From positions 1 to 64,000 of the forward strand of contig NW_026863189.1 of assembly GCF_026571515.1 (NCBI RefSeq): a DNA stretch of 64,000 bases, written 5' to 3'. Below, one piece after another: positions 52,475 through 64,000 of the stretch. Positions within the stretch are counted from its first letter, which is position 1. Every line of letters starts with the position of its first letter. The position numbers and the translations under genes are program-made. This DNA is from Ruditapes philippinarum (taxonomy: Eukaryota). The notes beneath the pieces are model-generated. The model was not told the DNA's origin and ran no database searches. It saw nothing but the letters and a program-made list of their open reading frames with translations.

Positions 52475-55371
52475 TTAGACCTATGTCTTCTAACTTCTTT
52501 CAATGGTAAAGCGGACTACATCTAAACGGCGTTTTATCAATAAATACAAAAATCCATTTGATTATCGACCTTATGAACTACAAGCATTTGCTTTATACAA
52601 ACTATTTTTATTTGTTTGGGTCGTCAGATCAAACAAATAATGTTAGCGAAATGTCAGACCCTGATATGCTTAATTGCAAAAATCTGCAAGTAGTCCGTCA
52701 CGAATTCCTCGAAGCGGTTACTTTATAAGTACACTAACGCCGAAAAAAAATTAAGGGTAAAGATTGTCAAATGACAGGCGCATTAATTTTTAAACTTTTT
52801 TCAGGAAAGAAAAAATAGTTCCCAATTGGTCGAAGATTTCTAATTTTGTGTAATTCTTTAACATTTCCGCAAATGATCGAAAATATATTCAAATAATTTT
52901 GTTACGCGGATGAATATTATTTTAATCAATAAAAATTGCTCGGCAATTTCCGTAAAGCTTCGGATTATTGTGATCCCCTAAATGAACATTTATTATTTAG
53001 ACTTTCTGAAAAATAAGGTAAGAATGGTGACTCTAGTACAGGGACGACTTTATGCAGTGGACGATCGATAATAATTTTAATTTAATTCGAAATTAATAAG
53101 GATCACAAACACTAATTAAGAATAATTTGGTTTGCTTCAGGCTGTTTTCTTATAACTTCCCCGTGGTCCAGGGGTTACACACCCGTTTCAGAAGCGAGAG
53201 GTCAGGGGTTTAAATCCCAGTTAATGCAACTCATGTTGTTGTTTGTTCTTTTTATTTAATTGTTTAACCAAAATAAACATTGAATTGCATATCAGTGTTG
53301 CAATTAGCCTTATAGCCAGTTTACTACAGTTTTAACACTGGAAATAGCATTGATGGCACTACACAAAAACAAATTGGTTTATAATCTTACACCCTTCACA
53401 TTTCCGAAATTCTGAGACCAAAACAAATTCAACGCCCTCTGTGCTTTGATTATATTTTAGTATTGGTATTGCATTTTTTTTCCATTCCTTTGTAGGTTTT
53501 ATTTTCACCTAGATTAAAACATTTTTGTAACAGCCTGTTCATGTTGTATGTTTCGGAATATTTATATATTTATTGGACAAAAAGGCTAAAAAAGCTGATT
53601 TAATGTGAAAAAAGGAAAGTACTAAGAAAAAATCTGGAAAACGGGAAAAACTTCGTGAGCAATAATACCAATAGTAAAAATGTGGAAATTGCAGACTCGG
53701 TTTGATTGAGTCTGATCCTGAGGGATAACGAAAGATGCAATATCTCTCACGTCCCCTAGCACCGGTTTCAAGCAGTGTTAAATTTTCAACACAATCAATG
53801 AATGGATGGAAGATATTAGAGGACAACACTGAACTGATTAACGGTGCAACATTTTACAGTTGCTGCACAACACTTGATAGCTGATGCTGTGAATTAAAAC
53901 AAAAACTCAGAATGGACATAAAAATTTTAATTATAAATTAATGCCTATTAACAAAATATCATCCACTTCATCAATCTTTTCAAAGGGCTAAATAATTAAT
54001 TGTTTAGCCTTTGTATGTCCTTGATTTCATAGTCTACGAATGCAGTACCTTTAAAGTTATAGATCTACATTCAACGCGAAATAAAACTGTTTTAATTAAG
54101 TTATCAAAATATATCCATGAATCTTTATCATTGACAAATACAATCATAAACTCCTAACATAATTAGTTGTTTTTTTCTTGCATAAAGTTTGTCCTTTCAA
54201 ATTATTGTTTATTTGTTTCAAAAAGTTGTATATAATTGGGTGTATTTGTGTGTTTTATCCTTCTACGGGACTATTTTTAATCAAATCATTATTAACAAGA
54301 CGATGTACATATGTATAACTGTAAATAAAATTATTGTATGGTTTGTTCTGTTCTGTAATGTAAAATCATGTGTTGAGAAATAAGGAAAGCATCTGGAAAA
54401 CATTATAAAATACAACAACGTGTTAATTAACCTTATTAATAAAGACACCACACCGTTCTTTTTACATCCGCATGTGGTATTTTCTACTCACTTTCTACAG
54501 ACTAGAAACAGCAATTTTGGAATAATTTAAGTCAGAGCTTGATAAAGATCATGTGATGTAAAAAATATAATGAGTAAATGAGTACGGAGAGGAAATCAGG
54601 CAAACATTATATTGTTTTAAAATATAGTTTCTTGTGTTGTAATGACTCTTAGATCACTTAGAATTATATTCTTTTAATATCAAATGAAGAAATATATGAA
54701 ATATCTTATAACTTGATATAAAAAAAATAAAACGTTAAAAGCATTGTAAGTATTTGTTAGTATAAAACAATGAGAATGGCAAAAGAAATTAAAGTTTATT
54801 TTCAATATCTTCTAAAATCACATTACCTGAATGATATTGACTACATAAAAGTAAAGATTTAAGACGAAATACATTTGAGTAAAAACTGTTGAGTTTCATA
54901 CGAGAGTGAGTCTACATGTTCTGCAATACTAAGTATATTTTCTAATTTATTTAAAGAGTTATACTACAATGGTTAGCTGATAAGGAGTCTATCATATAAA
55001 GAAAAAAAAACAGTAAAGGAAACATAATACTGTTTCTAGCTCTAGATGATTACAGTTTAATAACTGTTTGTTTTACTCATCTGCTTAATCGTGTTATAAT
55101 TATCCTCTAATCACTTAATATCGCATTTTTTTATCAAATGGAAGAAAAATCTATTTAACATTAACCCTAAAAAACATAACACGTTAAAAGCATTGTCTAA
55201 TTTGTAAATATTTGTTCATGTTAAACAAATATATTTAGACACTATCTCATTTACATTTTCCTATTAATTTACTTCAAATAAAACAATATCAAGTGATAAT
55301 TTATAAAAGAAGTTCGTATACTATTTAGTTCGGAAAGGAAAGCAGCAGAGAGTAAATGTTCATTAAACAAA

Positions 55372-56622
55372 ATGGGGAGTTTCATGAAAACGCTAACTAT
55401 TCAAATAATTGTAATTCAGTATTTGTTATTTTCTGAAACGGTTTCTTCGAAAAACAAAATACGAAATGGAGAATTTCTGGAACAATTATTTGACGGATAC
55501 AGCAAATATATGTTGCCTGTTTTAGACATTGAAAAACCAGTTGACATGAATCTATCTTGGCATCTGATTTCTCTGAATGATGTAGACACAAAACAAAAGA
55601 CAGTCAGTGCTACTCTTATTCTAGAGTTGCAATGGATTGATGAGTTTTTGATATGGAATAATTCAGAGGAATATGATGTGCCGTCTAAGTTATCCATTGA
55701 TTCGAAATCTATTTGGTTACCTGATTTGATAATTGGAAATGAAGAAGGACTCTTAACGTTTTTAACACCAGATGAAATAAAAAACGTTATACTTTTGAGA
55801 AATGGACACATTTCAGCATACCCGTATAAAACGTTTGAACTTGGTGTAGATATAGATATCTATAAATATCCATTTGATACACAAGTAATTGAACTTGAAA
55901 TAATGCCTTGGACTTATTCCTCGCAGGAACTAGTAATAAGTGATATAACGGAGGTTGATAAAAGCAATGTCGTTTTTAAACATTTCAGAGGAAATGGAGA
56001 ATGGAACCTTGCTATTTGGTCTCGGAAAAACTATATCATGTCTTATGAAAACAACAGTTATTCAAAATATTCAACAGTTAATTATAAATTTACTATAAAG
56101 CGAAGATGGTTGTTTACAATTTTAAATTTAGTAGCGCCCGTTGTAATCACATCTTTACTGAATCCTTTGTCATTTTTGCTCCCGGTTGACAGTGGAGAAC
56201 GTATATCACTAAGCAATACCGTATTTCTGACACTGGCTGTGTTTTTCACAATTGTGAGCAACTCATTACCTCAGACATCTGAAGGAGCACCGATATTTGT
56301 CACGTATATCGGTCTTCAAATGTTCGGAAGTGTTCTGACAATTGCGTTTACGATTATAAGTCTGGCATGTTATTATAGCGACAATGACCTTAGACAAAAC
56401 AATGCACTACTTCGTGTCCTGTTTTATATGTGTGGTAAAACTAAAACCGAAAAACGCGCTAAATCTATTCCTGAAAACCTGAAACAGTACGATCATAAGC
56501 ACACACATAGTCAGGAAATAGGAAAAATATGTTCTAAAATTATTGATAGAGTGTGTTTCTGGATGTCTCTTCTATGGAATGTTTGTCTTTTGTCCATCAC
56601 TATGATAATAGCAATGTCTTAG
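55372..56622 (+). CDS. Intronless nAChR-like pLGIC subunit, copy D (416 aa)
   Basis: Complete ORF with the same motifs as copies B and E. Confidence 0.95.
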   Translation: MGSFMKTLTIQIIVIQYLLFSETVSSKNKIRNGEFLEQLFDGYSKYMLPVLDIEKPVDMNLSWHLISLNDVDTKQKTVSATLILELQWIDEFLIWNNSEEYDVPSKLSIDSKSIWLPDLIIGNEEGLLTFLTPDEIKNVILLRNGHISAYPYKTFELGVDIDIYKYPFDTQVIELEIMPWTYSSQELVISDITEVDKSNVVFKHFRGNGEWNLAIWSRKNYIMSYENNSYSKYSTVNYKFTIKRRWLFTILNLVAPVVITSLLNPLSFLLPVDSGERISLSNTVFLTLAVFFTIVSNSLPQTSEGAPIFVTYIGLQMFGSVLTIAFTIISLACYYSDNDLRQNNALLRVLFYMCGKTKTEKRAKSIPENLKQYDHKHTHSQEIGKICSKIIDRVCFWMSLLWNVCLLSITMIIAMS

Positions 56623-58320
56623 AAAGACCTGTGTCTTCTAACTTCTTTCATTGGTAAAGCAGACTACATCTTAACGGCGTTTCATCAATCAATGCAAAAG
56701 CTCTATTTGATTATCGACCTTATGAACTACAAGTATTTGTTTTATACAAACCATTTTTATATTTAAGTATTGGTACTGTATTTTTTTTCATTCCTTTATA
56801 GGTTTTATTTTTATCTTGTTTAAACATTTTTGTAACAGCCTGTTTATTTTGTATGTTTAGGAATATATCGATTGGGTAAAATGCTAAAAAAGGTGATTTA
56901 TTGTGAAAAGTGGGAAGTACCAGTGAAAAAAAAATCTGGAAAACGAGACAATCTTCGTGAGCAATAACAACAATAGTAAAATATGAAAATTGCAGACTCG
57001 GTTTGTTTGAGTCTGTTCCTGAGGGATTAACAAAAGATGCAATATCTCTCACGTCCCCTAGTACCGGTTTAAGCGGTATCAAATTTTCAACACATGCAGT
57101 ATACGGATGGAAGGCATTAAAGGACAACAATGAGATGATTTTTACAGTTGCCGCACAACACTTGATAGCTGGTGCTGTGAATTAAAACAAAAACTAGAAA
57201 AAGGACATGAAAATTTAAATTATAAATTAATGTGTTTAAACAAAATATCATCAACTTCATCAACTTTTTCAAAAGGCTTAAAAGTTAATTGTTTGGCCTT
57301 TGTATGCCCTTGATTTCATAGTCTATGAATACAGTACCTTAAAAGTTATAGATCTAATTTCAACGCGAAATAAAACTGTTTTAATTAAGTTATCAAAATA
57401 TATCCATGAATCTTTATCATTGACAAATACAATCATTAACTCTTTACATAATTAATTAATTTTTTTTCTTGCATAAAGTTTGTCCTTTTAAATTATTGTT
57501 TATTTATTTCAAAAAGTTGTTTATAACTGTGTGTATTTGTGTTTTAACATTCTACAGGACTCTTTTTAATCAAATCTTTATTAACAAGACGATGTACATA
57601 AAAAATAACTGTAAATAAAATTATTTTGTACTTTGTTCTGTTTGTAATGTTATACCATATTGTGTTGAGAAATAAAAGAGGAAATAATCTGGAAAATAAT
57701 ATAATTTACAACAACGTGTTATTGACTTTATAACACATTAACCTTATAAATTAAACACGCCACACCGTTCTTTTTACATTGGCATGTTACATATTCTACT
57801 CACTCTCTACAGACTTACTGCAACTAAATGCAATAAAGCGTGATTTGATGTCAATTGAATATATGTGAAGAAACAATAGTTTTGCATTAAGTTGTCTATG
57901 ATATGTAAAGATAAAGAAAGTTTAGCTCTGAATTTATCCATATTTTGCAAAGAAATTGTATAGCTTTTGCATTAAATTTATCCAGAATATGCGAATAAAC
58001 AAAAAAGTTTAGCACTAAATTCGTTATTCGAAGATACAGATTGAGTGTAGTTTAGTGCTAAATTTATCCATAATATGAATAAGAACAGTAAAGTTTAGCG
58101 TTTAATTCATCCATAATATGCGAAGAAACATTTAAATTTTAGCGCTTATATATCCATAATGTGGAAAAACAGCTTACTTTATCCAATGATAATAAATCAA
58201 AAGATAAAAGAAAACATGCCTTCCGATCGTAAACGTATAGATATGCTTAAAATGCGTACCCTGAAATAGCTTTAAAGACATTAATGTAGTGGATGAAGTC
58301 TTGTGAGCTGCGTCAATATC

Positions 58321-58835
58321 AAACTCCTCACAGTGATTACCTCCCTTGGCAGAATTGTAATCACAGCCTTCAAAGACGTCACATGATGATGAAAGTCACA
58401 TGACGTAACGTCGAAATTCAAATGTAAATATTGACCGTTACAAAGAAAATCTAACGTTATTTTTCTCTTTCTGTTTTATTTTTAACTTTCAGTGCCTACG
58501 TTCGATATAGTTTATCAAAAAATTATCGAAAGTATACAAAATAACGAAAAATAAATTCAAAAGCTTAAAAATATAAAATATCAAAATATTGTCTCGGTAG
58601 AAAATAGGCCCTAATCTCATAATTTTTAAAATTATTTCTAAATATTCATATTATTTATTTATTTATTTATTCATTAACATTGTTAAATAAATGAGAGAAA
58701 ACTTATCTGATAGATAAAAGCTGTAGATAAAACAATTTTTGAAAAAATATAGTATATCAGAAATTCTGATATATCGGGACCATGGTGGCAGAGATCTACG
58801 CCGAAGAATTAAGGGGAGATCACTGTGGGGAGATT
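58321..58835. mobile_element. Non-autonomous TIR element with ~10-bp target-site duplication
   Basis: Left end aaactcctcacagtgat..ccctt versus right end aagggga gatcactgtggggagatt. gcgtcaatat is duplicated at 58310-58319 and 58836-58845; the paralogous site at ~49492 is empty. Confidence 0.8.
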
Positions 58836-60291
58836 GCGTCAATATAAGAAACGACAAGTTGGAATAATTTACGTCAGAGCTTGATAAAGGATCATGTGAT
58901 GTAAAACCTGAACAATGCCGGGACTATTTTTGTAGATTATTTCGAAACTTCATCAGGAAAACATTAAAGTATTCTATGTCTATGTAATCATCACAATTTA
59001 TAAACTATATATTTCATGATAAGTTTGTAATAGTTATATTACTAACGTAGGTTTGACAATTGGTATCTTTGCAAATGAAAGACAGTGACTAATGATGCAT
59101 AAAATAGGGAAAAACAGACTCCCTAAAGAAAGCCCAACATGTGAAAATTGAAAATGTTGCAGGCTCGGTTTGACTGAGCCTGTTCAAGCCTTGCAACATT
59201 GGCAAATTGTGTTGTTAAACTCCGATTAACCATTATCACACTGTGATATCCGTTTTGAGATATCCAAATCGTAATCGTATACATGTATATTTTGTATTGA
59301 AATATTTCCACATTGTTCAGCAACTGCAGATATAAAGGTGATGTTTTTCATCGTATGTTATACTGCATCTTTTGTTTCGCCCTAACAACGCTAAATCATT
59401 TTTAATGGACACTCCATATTTCAATCTGAACAAAACTATTTATCATTTTTGGAAAATTTTAAGATATGCAGTGATTTAAAAACGGCTGATCTAGCTTGGT
59501 CTCCACTGGTTGAATGGGTAGTTTGTGTTGCCCGCAAGCTATGTAACTGTTTAAAAGATTTTTTTATTAAATGCATCTTATAACTAAATGATTCCTTAGT
59601 TTCAATGATTTCCTTTTACATCTTGTTTTGAATGAATATAATAGTTCAAAGTAAAAAACATACAAAAATAAATGAATGATGATATGAGAATTAAAATCAA
59701 TACTTGTGACTGGTTTCTTTTAAATCATTATGTGATCAGCAAATGATAGCAGGTGCCATTCTTTCAATTAATCGTAAATGAGTTTGAAGATAATGGTACA
59801 ACATCCAGTATTCACTGATAAGAGTAAATGAGTACGGAGTGGAAAAATAATCAGGCAAACATAATTTTGTTTTAAAATATAGTTTCTTGTGTTGTAATGA
59901 CTCTTAGATCACTTGGAATTATATTCTTTTAATATCAAATGAGAAAATTGATATAAAATATCTTATAATTTGATATTTACAAAGTAAAACGTTAAAAGTA
60001 TTGTATATTTGTTCATATAAAGCAATTAGAACGGAACACGGAATTAAAGTCTATTTTCAATATCTTCCAGAATCACATTACCTGAATGATATTGACTACA
60101 TAAAAGTAAAGATTTAAGACGAAATACATTTCAGTAAAAATATTGAGTTTCATACGAGGGTAGGTCAACATGTTCTGCAATAAGAAGTATATTTTCTAAT
60201 CTATTTAATTTATTTAAAGAGTTATACTACAATGGTTAGCTGGTAAGGAGTATATCATATAAAGAAAAAAAAAATAAAAGGAAACATAATA

Positions 60292-60529
60292 TGAGCCGCG
60301 TCACGAGAAAACCAACGTCATGCGTTTGCGACCAGCATGGATCAAGACCAGCCTGCGCATCCGCGCAGTCTGATCAGGATCCATGCTGTTCGCTTACAAA
60401 CCCTATAACAAGTAGAAAAACTGAGCGAACAGCATGGATCCTGATCAGACTGCGCGGATGCGCAGGCTGGTCTGGATCCTTGCTAGTCGCAAACCCATTA
60501 TGTTGGTTTTGTCGTGACGCGGCGGCTCA
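60292..60529. mobile_element. Palindromic MITE with TA target-site duplication
   Basis: Long inverted arms (tgagccgcgtcacgagaaaaccaac ... gttggttttgtcgtgacgcggcggctca). TA on both sides (60290-60291, 60530-60531). Paralogous sites upstream of C (~50866) and D (~55027) are empty (cataaTActgtttc). Confidence 0.92.
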
Positions 60530-60901
60530 TAATGTTTCTAGCTCTATATGATTGTAGTTTGATAACTGTGTGTTGTACTGACTCACTCAATCGTTTTATA
60601 ATTATCCTCTAAACACTTAATATCGCATTATTTTTTATCAAAAGGAAGAAAAATCTATTTCATCTCTTTGTCTTGGTCATTAACAGAACCCGAACCCTTA
60701 GAATCATAACACGTTAAAAGCTTTTTCTAATTTGTATATATTTGTTCATGTTAAACAAATTTATTTAGACAATATCTCATTTACATTTTCCTATTAATTT
60801 ACGTCAAATAAAACAATATCAAGTGACAATTTATAAAAGTAGTTCGTACATTATTTAGTTCGGAAAGGAAAGCAGCAGAGAGTAAATGCTCATTCAACAA
60901 A

Positions 60902-62152
60902 ATGAGGAGTTTCATAAAAACGCTAACTATTCAAATAATCATACTTCATTATTTTTTATTGTTTAAGTCTGTTTTTTCGAAAAACAAAATCCGAAATGAC
61001 GAATTTCTGGAACAATTATTTGACGGATACAGCAAATATATGTTGCCGGTTTTGGACATTGAAAAACCAGTTGACATAAATCTATCTTGGTATCTGATTT
61101 CTCTGAATGATGTAGACACAAAACAAAAAACAGTCAGTGCTACTCTTATTCTAGACTTACAATGGATTGATGAATATTTGATATGGAATAATTCAGGGAA
61201 ATATGATGTGCCCACTAAGTTATCGATTGATTCGAAATCTATTTGGTTACCTGATTTGCACGTTGGAAATAACGAAGGACTCTTAACGTTTTTAACACCA
61301 GATGAAATAAAAAACGTTATACTTTTAAGAAATGGACACATTTCAGCATACCCGTATAAAACGTTTGAAGTTGGTGTAGATATAGATATCTATAAATATC
61401 CATTTGATACACAAGTAATTGAACTTGAAATAATGCCTTGGACGTATTCCTTACAGGAACTTGTAATAAATGATGTGACGGAGGTTGATGAAAGCAATGC
61501 CGTTTTTACACAATTCAGAGGAAATGGAGAATGGAACCTTGCAACCTGGTCTCGGAAAAACTATATCATGTCTTATGAAAACAACAGTTATTCAAAATAT
61601 TCAGCAGTTAATTATAAATTTACTATAAAGCGAAGATGGTTGTTTACAATTTTAAATTTAGTAGCGCCCGTTGTAATCACATCATTACTGAATCCTCTGT
61701 CATTTTTGCTACCTGTTGACAGTGGAGAACGTATATCACTAAGCAATACCGTATTTCTGACATTGGCTGTGTTTTTCACAATTGTGAGCAACTCATTACC
61801 TCAAACATCTGAAGGATCACCGATATTTGTCACGTATATTGGTCTACAAATGTTCGGAAGTGTTCTGACAATTGCGTTTACGATTATAAGTCTGGCATGT
61901 TATTATAGCGACAATGACCTTAGACAAAACAATGCACTACTTCGTGTCCTGTTTTATATATGTGGTAAAGCTAAAACCGAAAAAGGCGCTGAATCTAATC
62001 CTGAAAACCTGGAAAAGTATGATTCTGAGCATTCACATAGTTGGGAAATAGGAAAAATGTGTTCTAAAAGGATTGATAGAGTGTGTTTTTGGATGTCTCT
62101 TCTCTGGAATGTTTTTCTCTTATCCATCACAATAATAATAGCAGTATCTTAG
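60902..62152 (+). CDS. Intronless nAChR-like pLGIC subunit, copy E (416 aa)
   Basis: Complete ORF with the same motifs as copies B and D. Confidence 0.95.
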   Translation: MRSFIKTLTIQIIILHYFLLFKSVFSKNKIRNDEFLEQLFDGYSKYMLPVLDIEKPVDINLSWYLISLNDVDTKQKTVSATLILDLQWIDEYLIWNNSGKYDVPTKLSIDSKSIWLPDLHVGNNEGLLTFLTPDEIKNVILLRNGHISAYPYKTFEVGVDIDIYKYPFDTQVIELEIMPWTYSLQELVINDVTEVDESNAVFTQFRGNGEWNLATWSRKNYIMSYENNSYSKYSAVNYKFTIKRRWLFTILNLVAPVVITSLLNPLSFLLPVDSGERISLSNTVFLTLAVFFTIVSNSLPQTSEGSPIFVTYIGLQMFGSVLTIAFTIISLACYYSDNDLRQNNALLRVLFYICGKAKTEKGAESNPENLEKYDSEHSHSWEIGKMCSKRIDRVCFWMSLLWNVFLLSITIIIAVS

Positions 62153-62369
62153 TAAGACCTATGTTATCTTTATAACTTCTTAAATTAGTAAAGCAGTCTA
62201 CAACCTAACGGCATTTCATTAAGAAATACAAGAATTCCATTTTATCATCAATCTTTTGAACTACAAGCATTTGCTTTATACACTATACAAACAATACTTC
62301 TGCATATTTTTGCATTTCTATTTTGTTCTTTGTATTCCTTTATAGGTTTTATTTGATAGTATAACATAG

Positions 62370-62837
62370 GTGTCGTGCCGACAAAAATTGAAAAAACACA
62401 ATAAACTTTGTCCTTCGACTGGCATGAAAGGTTTGAATTTTCTGCATGACAACGCTCCTGCACACAATGAAGCTATAAGTAATTTTTGTTGGAGAAAATC
62501 AGTAACTGTCCTTCCAAATCCATCGTTTTCTCCAGACATGGGACCCTGTGACTTTTCGCTCTTTCTTAGACTGAAGAAAATACATATTGTAGATCATTGC
62601 TGCTACAACAGCAGAAATGGAATTGGATCGGCAATTTTTCAATTATTGAAAAGTTTACCTAAGATGGTCCATGTTGTTCCATTCAAAATAAGATTTTGTC
62701 GTCTGAAACTCTGTATTTCAATGCGGAGAGATAATTTCGAAAATCGAAAGGTTGAAATAGAAATTTGTACAATATATTTGCTTTTTTAATATAATTATTG
62801 ACCGTATTGAAAAATAAATTAGTGACCCACCATTGTA
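62370..62837 (+). mobile_element. Tc1/mariner transposase C-terminal remnant
   Basis: ORF 62370-62789 contains FLHDNAPAH and PSFSPDMGPCDFSLFLRLKK, matching mariner HDNARPH and YSPDLAPxDF catalytic motifs; 5'-truncated. Confidence 0.9.
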
Positions 62838-62839
62838 AA

Positions 62840-62980
62840 GCGACTGCGAATACTTCAAATAGTTTAATTTCAGTATTTTATGTGTTGAATCTGTTTCTTC
62901 AAAATACTTAAAGCAATGGAGAATGTCTGGAAGAATTGATTGAAGAATACAGTAAATGCATTGTGCCGGTTTTGGACATT
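62840..62980 (+). pseudogene. Degenerate 5' relic of a sixth pLGIC copy (F)
   Basis: 62915-62980 reads NGECLEELIEEYSKCIVPVLDI versus NGEFLEQLFDGYSKYMLPVLDI in D. The upstream part matches the signal-peptide DNA with a stop and indels; similarity ends at 62980. Confidence 0.75.
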
Positions 62981-64000
62981 TTATGCCCTTACCATGAATT
63001 TTTTGTATACATTCACAAATGTTGTGTAAATCCGATGAACAGAAATATGTAATTTAAATGTTGTTATTCATTGTATAGTACGTTACGTATTTTCATCTTT
63101 TGAAAGCCAATGTACAAAAAATAGATGCACATTCAAAAAAATATGCAAATAGATGCTGTTTTGACTAAACAAGATAAAAGTCCAATTGATAACTAACAAT
63201 GCATACATTTCTTGCATGAAGACATATAACACGTATGTTAAATGTATGTGGTGTGGAGGGTCTATAATTTGAAATTTCGTGTTGCACAAGAGTGTGTGCC
63301 TCACACTTAACTTCTGTTGAGTATATAAACGACCCAGAATGAAACGGAAAGACTAATATAGTTGATAAACGACTGAAATGATGTTTGAGATATTGATATA
63401 TATTGTGGTATATTTGTAGTTGTTTTGTTTGTTTGTTTGTTTTCTGTTGTTGTTTTTGGCCTGTTTAAATTTGAGGTCAATAGACTTGGAATCTTATTGA
63501 ATTATATCTTTGCCGCAATTAAAACTGTCACAAGTGCTTATGGGGCTACAAATTATAATTATACCAATAAGTTACTAAAAATGACTAAGATATTTGATAA
63601 TGATGTCAAAGTAAAAATAGTATGAATCAGACACAGAAAAATTAATCTAATGTACGAAAAATAAGATAATTAAAAGTTTACATCAATAAATTTTTCTATT
63701 TATTGCTGATGAATATTGTGTTACGCACCTTAATAATTATTTATTGGCTACTTGAGTGACTATTTAGCGCATACATTTATTGATAAATATTTATGACAAT
63801 TGTCAAATACATTTTAGTATAATGGCTACCAGTAAGTCATAATTGCCATCAATTATGGACTTTGGTTTCACTTAGTTTTTATGAATAGTTTATATTACAA
63901 TGCTATTCATTCTGGCCAATGTTTCGTGCTTTTGTTTGGATCTTTTTATTTACTTTGTCCAATACTATCAATTTTCCATTAAAAATTTTAAAAGAAAAGT

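Noticed and set aside
60291-60551. 86-aa ORF
   Set aside because: Lies entirely within the palindromic MITE.
41117-61341. Minus-strand ORFs overlapping the receptor genes (e.g. 41117-41620, 55416-55811, 60949-61341)
   Set aside because: Antisense shadows of the real coding frames; they recur only because the genes are duplicated.

Overview
AT-rich, repeat-rich animal genomic DNA with spliceosomal introns and two short N gaps; the repeat types and receptor expansion suggest a mollusc, probably a bivalve (inference). The window holds two + strand loci. (1) ~3.2-31.6 kb: a claudin/PMP22-superfamily four-TM gene built like a variable/constant array. Five paralogous first coding exons (V1-V5: start codon, TM1, first extracellular loop) each end at a homologous GT donor. 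V3-V5 are intact and phase 1; V1 and V2 are disrupted. They lie upstream of a single pair of constant exons (29257-29478, 31126-31631) that join V3-V5 in frame, giving 325-326 aa proteins with a His10 tract and a C-terminal T-V-L. (2) 41.1-63.0 kb: a tandem cluster of intronless nicotinic-receptor-like pentameric channel subunits (four intact, one nonsense-disrupted, one 5' relic). They keep a cation-type M2 but lack the loop-C vicinal cysteines and one or both Cys-loop cysteines. The rest is MITE, SINE, mariner and SGNH-type transposon debris, segmental duplications and simple repeats. All gene models come from reading splice signals by eye and are not transcript-verified.
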